DNA of 64,000 nt from an uncultured Alphaproteobacteria bacterium (lineage in GTDB: Bacteria; Pseudomonadota; Alphaproteobacteria; Rhizobiales; Xanthobacteraceae). The position numbers and the translations under genes were made by a program. Each line of letters starts with the position of its first letter. Position 1 is the first letter of the stretch. Location of the stretch: assembly GCA_963833665.1 (NCBI GenBank), contig CAWHZA010000062.1:5782-69781 (forward strand), written 5' to 3'. Below, piece after piece: positions 47,895 to 57,557 of this stretch. Below the pieces are notes generated by a model, which was given only the letters and a program-made list of their open reading frames with translations, ran no database searches and was not told where the DNA came from.

Positions 47895-49290
47895 GGCGAA
47901 GGCCATCGATGTCGCGTGGAGCACGGCAGCCGATATCGCCGCCGTCGTCGCCGCCGGACGAAGCACCGCGGCGAGCATCGTCGCGGCAGCGCTCGCCCGC
48001 ATCCGTGAGCGCGGCCCGCAGTTCAACGCCTTCACCGTGGTGACCGAGGAGCGCGCCCTGGCGCGCGCACGGGCGCTCGACGAAGCGCGGGCGCGGCGTG
48101 ACGCGCTCCCTCCCCTCGCCGGCGTGCCGTTCGCCGTGAAAAACCTGTTCGATATCGCCGGCCTGACGACGCTCGCCGGCGCCAAGATCAATCGCGATGC
48201 GCCGCCCGCGAAACGCGATGCGACGATCATCAGGCGGCTCGAAGCGGCCGGCGCCGTGCTCGTCGGCGCGCTCAACATGGGCGAGTACGCCTACGATTTC
48301 ACCGGCGAGAACATGCACTACGGGCCGTCGCACAATCCGCACGATCTCAAGCGCATGACCGGCGGCTCGTCCGGCGGTTCGGCCGCCGCGGTCGCGGGCG
48401 GGCTCGTGCCGCTCGCGCTCGGCTCCGACACCAACGGATCGATCCGCGTGCCCGCCTCGCTGAGCGGCTTGTTTGGACTCAAGCCCACCTTCGGACGGTT
48501 AAGCCGCGCGGGAACTTTTCCGTTCGTTGCGAGCCTCGATCATACGGGACCGCTGGCGCGGACGACGCGTGACCTGACGCTCGCTTATGATGCCATGCAG
48601 GGCTACGACCCCGACGATCCGGTGTGTGCCGAGCGGCCGGCGGAGCCGGTGGTCGCGCTTCTGGACCGGGGCGTCGAGGACCTGCGCGTCGCAGTTGCCG
48701 GCGGGTATTTCAAAGGCCGCAGCGCCGAGGTGGTCAGCGCCGTCGACCGCGTTGCGGCGGCGCTCGGCGCCAATCGCGAGATCGAGATTCCGGAGGCGGA
48801 GCGAGCACGCGCCGCTGCTTTCGTCATCACCGCGAGCGAAGGGGGAAGCTTGCATCTTCCGCGGCTGCGGACGCGCGCGCGCGACTTCGATCCCGCGGTG
48901 CGCGACCGCCTGATCGCCGGCGCCATGGTGCCGGCCTCGCTGGTGATGAAGGCACAGAAATTCCGCCGCTGGTACCGCGGCGAGGTACTCAAGCTGTTCG
49001 CCGAGGTCGACGCGATCGTGGCACCGGCGACGCCGTGCACCGCGCCGCTGATCGGCCAGCAGACGTTCATGTTCGGCGATACCGAACTGCCGGTGCGGGC
49101 CAATCTGGGCATCTACACCCAGCCGATATCCTTCATCGGCCTTCCCGTCGCCGCCGTGCCGGTGCTGCTCGAGCCGCTGGCAATGGGCGTGCAGATCATT
49201 GCCGCGCCCTGGCGCGAGGACATCGTGCTGCGCATCGCCCATGCGCTGGAGATGAAGGGCGTTGTCGCGGCACCGCGCCCGGAGATTTAG
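47887..49290 (+). CDS. AtzE-family amidase (1-carboxybiuret hydrolase-type)
   Basis: Amidase signature [33 protein letters not shown]. Translationally coupled to a DUF4089 protein and followed by an AtzH-like gene. Confidence 0.75.
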   Translation: MHEAKAIDVAWSTAADIAAVVAAGRSTAASIVAAALARIRERGPQFNAFTVVTEERALARARALDEARARRDALPPLAGVPFAVKNLFDIAGLTTLAGAKINRDAPPAKRDATIIRRLEAAGAVLVGALNMGEYAYDFTGENMHYGPSHNPHDLKRMTGGSSGGSAAAVAGGLVPLALGSDTNGSIRVPASLSGLFGLKPTFGRLSRAGTFPFVASLDHTGPLARTTRDLTLAYDAMQGYDPDDPVCAERPAEPVVALLDRGVEDLRVAVAGGYFKGRSAEVVSAVDRVAAALGANREIEIPEAERARAAAFVITASEGGSLHLPRLRTRARDFDPAVRDRLIAGAMVPASLVMKAQKFRRWYRGEVLKLFAEVDAIVAPATPCTAPLIGQQTFMFGDTELPVRANLGIYTQPISFIGLPVAAVPVLLEPLAMGVQIIAAPWREDIVLRIAHALEMKGVVAAPRPEI

Positions 49291-49337
49291 GCGCACGCCG
49301 CCTTCACCGAGGTGGAATGCTTGCCTGGAGGAAGAAC

Positions 49338-49724
49338 ATGGAGATCGACCTGCCGGAGGTCATTGCCGAGGTGACCGCCGCCTTCGAGCGTTACGAGAAA
49401 GCACTGGTATCGAACGACGTCGCTGCCCTCAACGCGATGTTCCACAACGACCCGCGCACGATCCGCTACGGCGGGACGGAGAATCTCTACGGCTATGCGG
49501 AGATCGCGGCGTTTCGCACCGCGCGTTCGCCGGTCGGCCTCGGCCGCACGCGGTCGAAGACCGTCATCAGCACCTACGGCCGCGACTGCGCGGTCGCCTC
49601 GACGCTGTTTCACCGCGCCAGCGTGCCCGGCAAGATCGGGCGCCAGATGCAGACCTGGGTCCGCTTTCCCGAAGGCTGGCGGGTCGTCGCTGCCCACGTG
49701 AGTTTTATCGACGAGCCGCGCTGA
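49338..49724 (+). CDS. AtzH-like (DUF3225, NTF2-like) protein
   Basis: ATG at 49338 after [53 protein letters not shown]...[20 protein letters not shown]. Confidence 0.75.
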   Translation: MEIDLPEVIAEVTAAFERYEKALVSNDVAALNAMFHNDPRTIRYGGTENLYGYAEIAAFRTARSPVGLGRTRSKTVISTYGRDCAVASTLFHRASVPGKIGRQMQTWVRFPEGWRVVAAHVSFIDEPR

Positions 49725-49747
49725 CAATTTCGCCACCCGCAATCCCA

Positions 49748-51547
49748 TCAAACCGATGCTGCCTCCTGCGCCATGAAGGCGCGCCAGCCGCCGAAGCTCG
49801 AAATGTCGCGCGCTCCGGCGACCCCCTCGGCTTCGACCAGAAAGCCTTTGACCTTGCGGCCGTCGCCGAGTTCGAGCGTGCCGATCGACAACGGCGGCGG
49901 CACCGCGGCGACGAAGCGGCCGAACGCGCTGTCTGACAGCGCCCAGACTTCGACCTCGATCGCGGCGCCGGCGCCATTCCTCACGCGCAGGAGGCCCGGT
50001 TTCGGTGGGCGAGCACCGGAAAGCGCGTAGAGGCGGTAGTGCGGCGCCGTTGCTGCACGCTCGATCAGGCGGCCTCCGGCCGCACGCAATTCGCCGTTGA
50101 GCGGCATGCCGGAGAGATGCGCGCCGACGACGGCGATGGGGATTTCCCGGGGCCCGGGCGCCGCCGTCCGCGCAAGCGGCGGCTGCGGGTGCTGGAGCGC
50201 GCCCAGCGGCAGGCGGGCGGCGAAGTGGAATTCACGGCCGATCGCCGCCAGTGCGGCCTCCTCGCCGGCGGGTGCCACCAGCGTCACGCCGAACGGGATG
50301 CCGTCAGGGCGCATCGAGGCCGGTACGGAAAGGCCGCAGAGATCCAGGAGGTTGACGAAATTGGTGTAGGTGCCGAGCCGGCTGTTGAGCCCGATCGGGT
50401 CGGCGAGCACCTGTTCGATCGTGTAGATGGTCGGAGCCGTCGGCAGCACCAGCGCGTCGATCGCGCTGAAGGTGCGGTCGCGCACGCCCCGCAGCTCCGC
50501 GAGCTGATAGAAGGCCGCGAACGCGTCGGCCGCGGTGCCATGCGCGCCGGCGAGAATGATCTGCCGCGTCACCGGATGCAGGGATTGGGGCGACGAGGCC
50601 ACGAGCGCGCGCGCCGTGAGATAGCGCTCGGCGACCCACGGCCCCTCGTAAAGAAGACGTGCCGCCGCGTAGAACGGCTCAATGTCGATCTCTACGATCT
50701 TCGCGCCGAGACCGGCGAAATCTGTGAGCGCCGCCGCGTAGGCCGCCTCCGAGGCGCGGTCGCCGAAGAACAGGCGCTGGCCGGGAATCGGCACGCCGAG
50801 CCGCAATCCGTCCGGCATCGGTCCGACCGGGTGCACCTGCCGCGGATGCGAAAACGGATCGGCAGGATCAGCGCCGGCGATCGCGCTCAGCGTGGTCATT
50901 GCGTCGTCGACAGTGAAGGCGAGGATCGACACGCAATCGAGCGTGCGGCAGGCGGGCACGACGCCTGCGGCCGAGACGAGGCCGCGGCTCGGCTTGAGGC
51001 CGACCACGTTGCTGAAGGCGGCGGGGACGCGGCCCGATCCCGCCGTATCGGTGCCGAGCGCGAGCGGAACCAGCCCGGCCCCGACGGCGACCGCCGAGCC
51101 CGAGCTTGACCCGCCGGGAATGAGCTTCGCGTCGAACAAGTTGCGCGGAATGCCGTAGGGCGTGCGCACGCCGACGAGGCCGGTCGCAAACTGGTCGAGA
51201 TTGGTCTTGCCGAGAACGAGCGCGCCCGCCGCGCGCAGCCGCGCGACGGCGGTGGCATCCTTGTTTGGGCGGTAAGCGTAGGCGGGGCACGCGGCGGTCG
51301 TGGGCAGGCCTTTGACGTCGATATTGTCCTTGACCGCAACGGGGATGCCGTAGAGCGGAAGCGACGTGTCGGCGGCGCCAGCGAGTTCGCGCGCCTCGGC
51401 GAGAACCTCGGCTTCTTCCCGCAGCGCGATGAAGATCGCCGGATCGGCGTGGGCACGGATGCGCGCAAAGCTGCGCGCGACGACGTCCTCAGGCTTTGCA
51501 GCGCCGCCGCGATAGGCGCTCAGAATCTCGGCGACCGTTTCGGTCAC
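49748..51547 (-). CDS. atzF: allophanate hydrolase
   Basis: Amidase signature ([33 protein letters not shown]) plus the allophanate-hydrolase C-terminal domain (...YRLYALSGARPPKPGLLRV...IEVEVWAL...GFLVEAEG). The start is GTG 51547 or upstream ATG 51607. Confidence 0.85.
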   Translation of the reverse strand: MTETVAEILSAYRGGAAKPEDVVARSFARIRAHADPAIFIALREEAEVLAEARELAGAADTSLPLYGIPVAVKDNIDVKGLPTTAACPAYAYRPNKDATAVARLRAAGALVLGKTNLDQFATGLVGVRTPYGIPRNLFDAKLIPGGSSSGSAVAVGAGLVPLALGTDTAGSGRVPAAFSNVVGLKPSRGLVSAAGVVPACRTLDCVSILAFTVDDAMTTLSAIAGADPADPFSHPRQVHPVGPMPDGLRLGVPIPGQRLFFGDRASEAAYAAALTDFAGLGAKIVEIDIEPFYAAARLLYEGPWVAERYLTARALVASSPQSLHPVTRQIILAGAHGTAADAFAAFYQLAELRGVRDRTFSAIDALVLPTAPTIYTIEQVLADPIGLNSRLGTYTNFVNLLDLCGLSVPASMRPDGIPFGVTLVAPAGEEAALAAIGREFHFAARLPLGALQHPQPPLARTAAPGPREIPIAVVGAHLSGMPLNGELRAAGGRLIERAATAPHYRLYALSGARPPKPGLLRVRNGAGAAIEVEVWALSDSAFGRFVAAVPPPLSIGTLELGDGRKVKGFLVEAEGVAGARDISSFGGWRAFMAQEAASV

Positions 51548-51799
51548 GAAAGGCTCCGTGTTGGCGCGGGCCCGGCAACCGCGTTCGCCGGGCTCCTTTT
51601 GTGCCAATCCCGGTGACTTCGCAATGGGGCTGGGGCGCCGGTGGTTCTTGAAGTGTAGAGAAGCAACTCAGGAGCCATCGGCCGCCGCATCCGCGTCTGC
51701 AATCCTTCGGGAGGGCAGATCGGTGAGCGAGGCGAAACCCACCACCGTTCCAAGACCGGCATGATGTGTTTCGCAAATGCTCGCCTCATCCTCCGCGCT

Positions 51800-52117
51800 T
51801 CAGAACAGCCACAGCCCCTCCGAACCCTTCAGCGATCCGATCGACAGCAGCGCCCGCAATGGCCGGCAGACCGCGTCCGCTGCCGCCCATTCCGCCGGCG
51901 TCATGGCCTGCTTGCGATCCCAGTAGCAGGGATGCGGAGAGAGGCAGCGCCGCGCCCGGCGGCAGCGCGCCGTGGCGCAGTCGCGCCAATAGCCGAGCAA
52001 ATCGCACTGCGCCTGCGCCACATCGGCGTGGCGCTCAGCATAGGGCAGCACGCTCCACTGCTTTCGGGTCATCCGCCGCGGAAACCGCCAATCCCGCGCC
52101 GTCACCTTTCGCCGCAT
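51800..52117 (-). CDS. Cys-rich conserved hypothetical protein
   Basis: 105-aa ORF (…CDLLGYWRDCATARCRRARRCLSPHPCYWDRK…). No family recognised. Confidence 0.35.
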   Translation of the reverse strand: MRRKVTARDWRFPRRMTRKQWSVLPYAERHADVAQAQCDLLGYWRDCATARCRRARRCLSPHPCYWDRKQAMTPAEWAAADAVCRPLRALLSIGSLKGSEGLWLF

Positions 52118-52696
52118 CGCCTGACTCCAGCACTGATTTTGTTTGACAACTCACGACAAGCGTTCTCGCGGCGCATCGTCTGCGCCCGAGGTTTGTTCAC
52201 ACGCCGCCACAAAGCAAAAGCTACGAAGCATTGCCTCCCGCGAAAAGAGGGAAGCGGAGCGCCGAAAGGCGCATTGTCCAACCAATGTCCGCGTCAAGCG
52301 CGGCCGCGCGCTGCTGTCTTGGCGGCGCGCCGCCTTTCGGCGCTCACGCTTGCGGCACTCGCCACCGGCTTCTACCCCGATGGCTCGGCTCCAGAACCGG
52401 GTTTCCCGCGCTTTTGACTGACGGGTGCTATTCCCGCTTCGCCAAACTGCCGCGGTTAAGCACGCTCCGTGCGGAGTCCTTGTGCCGGTCGACCGGGGAT
52501 CCGAAGCCGCCCGGGTGCGGAGCGGCATCCTCCGCCCGCGGGCACCGCAGCTCGCTCTCGTCTTTGCGGCATGCCTTCCGGAAAGGCGCCCTCAATCGAG
52601 CGAGATTTGGTGTCTGTATCTGAATTGGAGACAGATGTCAATGAAAAAGTGACAGGTTCTGACAGGGCGATTATCCGGCCGCTGACAAAAAGGAAT

Positions 52697-53653
52697 ATGC
52701 CCCTCCTACGCTTCGTAGGAGAAACGGTAAAATGGTTTCTCCTGCGGCTGCTGGGGATCAATATGGCAGACGAAGCATCGGAAACGATGGCGGGGGCGCT
52801 CAAGAATTGGCTTGGCGCGCTCGGTTTCATCGCGCCATTGGTCGCCCATTTTGTCGATACGCAGCACCCCTCTTTGCCGCCGTGGGCGAGTATTGCTCTT
52901 ATGCTTGCTGGCTTGGCGATTTATGCCTCGCCAGTAGCGTGGATGAGGGTCACGGGGCGGGGGCAAAAGCCAATGGCGATTGCAGTCATAATCGTGAGCG
53001 CGCTTGGTCTTATGTTTGGAATTTATCTTTTGGCGAGGCCATCCGCTTCTGCGCCACCTCAAACGCCAACCGACGATGCCGAGAAGCCCACGCTCACTGG
53101 ACCGCCAATGTTCGGCGAGGCATATACGAAACCGCCGCCGCCTAAAAACTATTTTCCTAACGAGAAGATTGAATTGGGCAACCTTCTAACAGTCGTTGGA
53201 AGGCTTTTTGATGACGGAGTGGCTGGTTTTGCGGAAGCAAGTAATTTCAACAATCCTCTTCCAAATGTAAAGCCACTGCTTGTGCAGAGACGGCGCGAGG
53301 TTGGACTTACTGATAGTCGCATAAGTAATATGTCGGAGTATCTGGACGAGCTCGTTCGACAAAATCCGCGCTATCGATCGGAAATAGCCTCCGTCCTCGG
53401 TAAATCGTTGACCGGTGCTGTTAGCATAGAAATTCCATCCATCCATAGATTTCTGGAACTCAGTCGCGCATTTACTGGTGATCTAGATAGCACTCTTCAG
53501 CGATACGATAGCATTGACTCAAAAACTCTGAACTGGGTGCTAACAATAATCAGCAGAGAAGGCATGTCAGCCGGGAATGAATTAAACAACGTCAAGACAT
53601 GGATCGATCAATGCACTAGCCGAATCGATAAAATGCGAGAGCAACTCAAATGA
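52697..53653 (+). CDS. hypothetical membrane protein (lower-GC, no recognised domain)
   Basis: The ORF is in visibly AT-richer DNA. It has two to three N-terminal TM segments, a Pro-rich linker (PPQTPTDDAEKPTLTGPP...KPPPPK) and a ~200-aa soluble part. The start is 52697 (after AAGGA) or 52763. Confidence 0.5.
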   Translation: MPLLRFVGETVKWFLLRLLGINMADEASETMAGALKNWLGALGFIAPLVAHFVDTQHPSLPPWASIALMLAGLAIYASPVAWMRVTGRGQKPMAIAVIIVSALGLMFGIYLLARPSASAPPQTPTDDAEKPTLTGPPMFGEAYTKPPPPKNYFPNEKIELGNLLTVVGRLFDDGVAGFAEASNFNNPLPNVKPLLVQRRREVGLTDSRISNMSEYLDELVRQNPRYRSEIASVLGKSLTGAVSIEIPSIHRFLELSRAFTGDLDSTLQRYDSIDSKTLNWVLTIISREGMSAGNELNNVKTWIDQCTSRIDKMREQLK

Positions 53654-53739
53654 TGGAGTGCTTTACTTTGGAAATGGCAATCCCAATTGTTCCGGTTCAG
53701 GCTCGCTGGCATCGTTGTCGGTTAGCTGAGACGGATGCC

Positions 53740-53900
53740 AGTGACCACGCCTCAGCAGCCTGCTATCGCCGTCCCGAAACATGTCGGGGTTGTTCCAGTT
53801 GCTATGCCGGAATTGAAATTAGGCAACGTACAGCGGCGTATATTTCGCGCACATCTTGTGGAACGTCCCCATCACGCCGCGCTTAAGAGCGACCGAATTG
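53740..53900 (-). pseudogene. IS1595-family transposase C-terminal fragment
   Basis: The reverse strand reads SVALKRGVMGTFHKMCAKYTPLYVA*FQFRHSNWNNPDMF. This is the ISXO2-like C-terminal motif, with an in-frame stop. Confidence 0.5.
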
Positions 53901-54000
53901 CGCAACGGCGACGCGCTTACACACGTCGCAGAGGAAGTTTCGACAAAAAGCAAGAGCAAAAGCAAGGCCTAGGCGCCTTCGGTGAGCTACGGGGAGAACT

Positions 54001-54181
54001 TTGCCCGTGGCGCTCGCGCGAACCGCTAGCTTCGCGCATGGTCGGCACGCTTCATTTCGGAATCGTGCAACGCATGACCGCTCCACGCCGAGGCCATCTA
54101 TTCGGAAACGAAGGGCCGATGATTTCGAGACGCCGGTCTACTATCCGGACCCTGACAGGCTGCGCGAGGAACTGCACCGGA
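54001..54181 (+). pseudogene. 5' part of a host ORF interrupted by the IS3 element
   Basis: ...FETPVYYPDPDRLREELHR reads straight into the IS end. Removing the IS and one CGGA copy restores the frame into 55450 onward. Confidence 0.5.
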
Positions 54182-54199
54182 TGACGTTGCCCCCAGTTT

Positions 54200-55120
54200 T
54201 TATCCAGCGGCGATTGGAGTCTGGCGTTCGACGTTACCCTCTTGGGTGGTGATGGCGGCGGTCCGCGGAGCGGAGCCGTCCGTGTAGCGAAGCGCAGCGG
54301 ACCGCCGGTCCGCAGCGTAGATCGCTGGGCTCATCCAACCGAGCCGCGAGTGCGGCCGGTTGGTGTTGTAGTCCGCGCGCCAGGCTTCGAGCGCAGTGCG
54401 TGCATGGGCCAGCGATCGGAACAAGGTCTCATTGAGCAACTCGTCCCGCAAGCGGCCGATGAAGGACTCGGCAAAGGCATTCTGCACGGGCTTGCCCGGC
54501 GCGATGTAGTGCCAAGCCACCTTGTGATCGTCCGCCCATTGCAGGATGACGTTCGAGGTCAGTTCGGTGCCGTTGTCGGAGACAATCATCTTCGGCGTGC
54601 CGCGATCGGTCAGCAGCCGGTCGAGTTCTCGGGCGACCCGCACACCTGAGATCGAGGTGTCGGGAACGAGCGCCAAGCATTCGCGGCTGCAGTCGTCGAC
54701 CACGACCAGGATGCGCAGGCGACGGCCGTCGTTGAACTGGTCGGCGACGAAGTCGAGCGACCAGCGCTCGTTCGGCAGTTGCGGCACCAGCATCGGTGCC
54801 CGCGTTCCCAGGGCCCGCTTGCGCCCGCCGCGCCGGCGCACCGTGAGCCCTTCCTCGCGATAGAGCCGAAACAGACGCTTGTGGTTCACCGTAAAACCCT
54901 CCCGCCGTAGCAGCACATGCAGGCGCCGATAGCCAAAGCGGCGGCGTTCATGGGCCAGAGCCCGTAGCCGCTGCCGCAGCTCGGTATCGTCCGGCCGGCG
55001 CGAGCGATACCGCACTGTCATCCGCATACAATCGATCGTCCTGCACGCCCGCCGCTCGCTCATGTCGAACGCAGTACGCAAGTGAGCGACAGCCTTTCGC
55101 TTGGCAGCGGGCGTCACCAT
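54200..55120 (-). CDS. IS3 family transposase OrfB (DDE integrase core)
   Basis: ...[14 protein letters not shown]...[12 protein letters not shown]...[18 protein letters not shown]...[26 protein letters not shown]. Expressed as an OrfAB fusion by -1 slippage at AAAAAAA (55120-55126). Confidence 0.9.
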   Translation of the reverse strand: MVTPAAKRKAVAHLRTAFDMSERRACRTIDCMRMTVRYRSRRPDDTELRQRLRALAHERRRFGYRRLHVLLRREGFTVNHKRLFRLYREEGLTVRRRGGRKRALGTRAPMLVPQLPNERWSLDFVADQFNDGRRLRILVVVDDCSRECLALVPDTSISGVRVARELDRLLTDRGTPKMIVSDNGTELTSNVILQWADDHKVAWHYIAPGKPVQNAFAESFIGRLRDELLNETLFRSLAHARTALEAWRADYNTNRPHSRLGWMSPAIYAADRRSAALRYTDGSAPRTAAITTQEGNVERQTPIAAG

Positions 55121-55380
55121 TTTTTTGCTAGCAGGTCCTTCAGGGCCGCGTTGTCCAGCATCGCGTCCGCTAACAACTTCTTCAGCCTGGCGTTCTCGCT
55201 TTCCAGCCCCCGCAGCCGCTTGGCTTCGGAGACCTCCAGCCCGCCGTACCTGGCTTTCCAGTTGTAGAAGCTTGCTTCACTGATCCCGTGCCTGCGGCAC
55301 AGATCGGCCGTCTTCATCCCGGCCTCGTGCTCCTTCAGGATCGCAATGATCTGCTCTTCCGTATACCGCTTCCGCTTCAT
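55114..55380 (-). CDS. IS3 family transposase OrfA (HTH)
   Basis: [71 protein letters not shown]. Confidence 0.9.
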   Translation of the reverse strand: MKRKRYTEEQIIAILKEHEAGMKTADLCRRHGISEASFYNWKARYGGLEVSEAKRLRGLESENARLKKLLADAMLDNAALKDLLAKKW

Positions 55381-55445
55381 CGTCTGGTCCTTTCCCGTGG
55401 ACCAGACTCCAGGTCGTCTTGGATCAATTCAAGGGGGCAACGTCA

Positions 55446-55612
55446 CGGATTCTCGGCGAGGCGCGCGCGGCCAAGACGATCCCTTGGGACGCGGACCGGA
55501 CGGCGCTCTATCGTACATCTTTCCTCAGATGACCGGCTGTTTGCCGGAAGATGAGGGCGCGCAGTTGCGCTTTGATTTCGAAACCGAAATGGCGCGGCTG
55601 GAAGCAGCATAA
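55446..55612 (+). pseudogene. 3' part of the host ORF interrupted by the IS3 element (also frameshifted)
   Basis: ILGEARAAKTIPWDADRTALYRT, then after a 1-nt shift IFPQMTGCLPEDEGAQLRFDFETEMARLEAA. Confidence 0.45.
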
Positions 55613-55750
55613 CCCTTGCGTTCGCGGGGCACGACGAGCGAGCGGGCCTCAGCGTGCCGATCCCCTTCTGTAGTCCGATCGGGGAAGGTCAAGCCCTCTT
55701 GGGGCTTCAACTCAAGTCGGCTTCTGCAGCAAGAGCGGTCATGCCTGGAC

Positions 55751-55788
55751 GGCGCGACCAAGTCGCATTTTGACCCATAACGGACATC
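55751..55788 (+). repeat. REP-like repeat, partial copy D
   Basis: ggcgcgaccaagtcgcattttgacccataacggacatc matches the 3' third of copies A and B (gtcgca-tttgaccc-a-g-ac). Confidence 0.5.
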
Positions 55789-55862
55789 AGCAGTCGGCTG
55801 GAGCCGGGGTTATAGTGCAGTGTCGCCGAGAAGGTCTCTAGCATCGGACACTGGTAGCTCTC

Positions 55863-56492
55863 ATGGACAAGCCGGCATCAAAGCCCACGCTTCGCTCAAG
55901 GGCCGAAAGGATTAAGGAGTTCCGATGCAAGAACTTGATCGTCGTAATTGAGCATCCCGATGACATCAGAAACATTGGCGCCATCATTCGAAACGTAAAC
56001 GCGCTGGGCGCCGAAAAGGCCTACATAATCACAAATCGTAAGTTGCTACCCGATGAATGGCAGGAAATGCGTGTTAAACCGAAGCTTAACGCCATATCCG
56101 CCTCAGCGATCAAATGGAGTTTCGTCAAGATATTTAAGGATACCCATAGCTGCATGGATCACTTGGAGAAAAACGGGTTCATTTCGCTTGTTACGTCGCC
56201 TCACGTCAAAGGACTGAGAAACGTAGTGCTACATGATCACGACTACACTCCTTATAAAAAGCTTGCGATCTGGTTTGGGAACGAAGGAAGGGGCATCAGT
56301 CAGACGGCTCTCGAAAGGAGTGATCTTTGCATTAACATCCCCATGTACGGAATTATTGAAAGCTTAAATTTGGGTACGTCGTCTGGTATAGTGCTCTATG
56401 AAATTACAAAGCAACGCCGTGCATTTCAGTTGAATCTGAAAAAGAAGATTGCTGCGAAAAGAACCGCAGCAAGTAGAACGCCGCCAATGTAG
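55863..56492 (+). CDS. SpoU/TrmH-family RNA 2'-O-methyltransferase (low-GC orphan)
   Basis: LIVVIEHPDDIRNIGAIIRNVNALGA, FGNEGRGIS and INIPMYGIIESLNLGTSSGIVLYE are the three SPOUT/SpoU motifs. Visibly AT-rich codon usage. Confidence 0.8.
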   Translation: MDKPASKPTLRSRAERIKEFRCKNLIVVIEHPDDIRNIGAIIRNVNALGAEKAYIITNRKLLPDEWQEMRVKPKLNAISASAIKWSFVKIFKDTHSCMDHLEKNGFISLVTSPHVKGLRNVVLHDHDYTPYKKLAIWFGNEGRGISQTALERSDLCINIPMYGIIESLNLGTSSGIVLYEITKQRRAFQLNLKKKIAAKRTAASRTPPM

Positions 56493-56553
56493 CGCGTTCC
56501 AGGCGGCGTTTTCAGTCCTTCAACCTGTAAACATCCGATGTCCGGTGTTGGCC

Positions 56554-56658
56554 CTAAACTGACGTGCCAATCGCGTTAGCGCATGTCTGCTTTGAGGGGG
56601 AAGAGCGGAAGTGGCGCCGACTTGCTGCCATGTCGCAGTTTGACCCACAAGAGACATT
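56554..56658 (+). repeat. REP-like repeat, copy B (apparently complete)
   Basis: ctaaactgacgtgccaatcgcgttagcgcatgtctgctttgagggggaagagcggaagtggcgccgacttgctgccatgtcgcagtttgacccacaagagacatt. Confidence 0.85.
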
Positions 56659-56838
56659 AGCCGGATCGAAATCCCGCAATGCGAGATAGGCGCTACGCGC
56701 CCCGATCTGGGACATGTTGCCCGGTCGTAACCCCGCCGCCGTAGCCGATGCGCTGGTCACACTGCTGCTGGCACATGTGATCGTACACAACGCCCACGAT
56801 CCGGCGACGATGGCCGCGGCACTCGCACTCGCGGTCGA

Positions 56839-57348
56839 TCAGGACGACGCCGACGTAGAGCCGGGCAAGCGTGGCAACCAGCGCGACGCGTTGGCGCAAT
56901 AGGTGTCGTACTCCGCTCCAAATCTCCTACGCAGCGTCGGCTCCTCATAAGCCAGAACGAAGATGTGGAAGCCAATCCACAGTAGCGCGCCGTAGACCAG
57001 AAGCCTTGCGTTTCCGAGGATCAGTCCTTGGCCAAGTACAATCGCCACTAGGGCAAGATAGATCGGATTGCGGACATAACGATTGGGGCCGGTGATCACC
57101 AAATGTAGCGTTGGTGCGACCGGCGCTGGCGTGCCGCCGCCTTGCAGCGCAAATCGTGTGAAGGTGTCGACCAACACCGGAATGCCGAGCAGGATCAGAA
57201 CCACGCCGAACCATCGGATAAGCTGGAGATCGAAGAACGGCGCTTGCAGACGCCATCGCGAAATCCACCACGGCACGACACCGGCGACCGTCGTGGGGGC
57301 AATCAGAAAAAAGACCGCCGACCCCAGAACTGCCAAGCCTCTGGTCAT
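56839..57348 (-). CDS. isoprenylcysteine carboxyl methyltransferase (ICMT/PEMT-like) family membrane protein
   Basis: 169-aa, 4-5 TM segments. ...GPNRYVRNPIYLALVAIVLGQGL... and EEPTLRRRFGAEYDTYC are typical of this family. Confidence 0.6.
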   Translation of the reverse strand: MTRGLAVLGSAVFFLIAPTTVAGVVPWWISRWRLQAPFFDLQLIRWFGVVLILLGIPVLVDTFTRFALQGGGTPAPVAPTLHLVITGPNRYVRNPIYLALVAIVLGQGLILGNARLLVYGALLWIGFHIFVLAYEEPTLRRRFGAEYDTYCANASRWLPRLPGSTSASS

Positions 57349-57557
57349 GATGTTGCTCCGGCCTCACAAATCCCAGCGTGCGCGTCATAGCCCGATGGCG
57401 AACGCGTAGTGTCCATCTTCATCGACCGTGGCGCGCCAGCCCCGACATCGAGGCGCCGGCTCACGCACGCCAACAACTATCTTATCGTTAAATCGCGACG
57501 GCCCTGCGAAAGCGTCTCGACCAAGCCCACAGTCCAGCACATCGGGCATCCGCGTAG

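Larger units (their letters stand above)
54182..55445 (-). mobile_element. IS3-family element (IS407 group), apparently intact, with 4-bp target duplication
   Basis: Terminal inverted repeats TGACGTTGCCCCC at 54182-54194 and, as complement, at 55433-55445. CGGA lies directly outside both ends (54178-54181 and 55446-55449). orfA and orfB overlap at an A7 slippery run. Confidence 0.85.

Noticed and set aside
50039-51109. 356-aa plus-strand ORF
   Set aside because: It is antisense to the allophanate hydrolase gene.
57392-57553. 54-codon minus-strand ORF (MPDVLDCGLGRDAFAGPSRFNDKIVVGVREPAPRCRGWRATVDEDGHYAFAIGL) ending just upstream of the ICMT-type gene
   Set aside because: It straddles the compositional seam, has no recognised family and is below normal length thresholds. 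It may be the tail of a truncated gene but cannot be supported.
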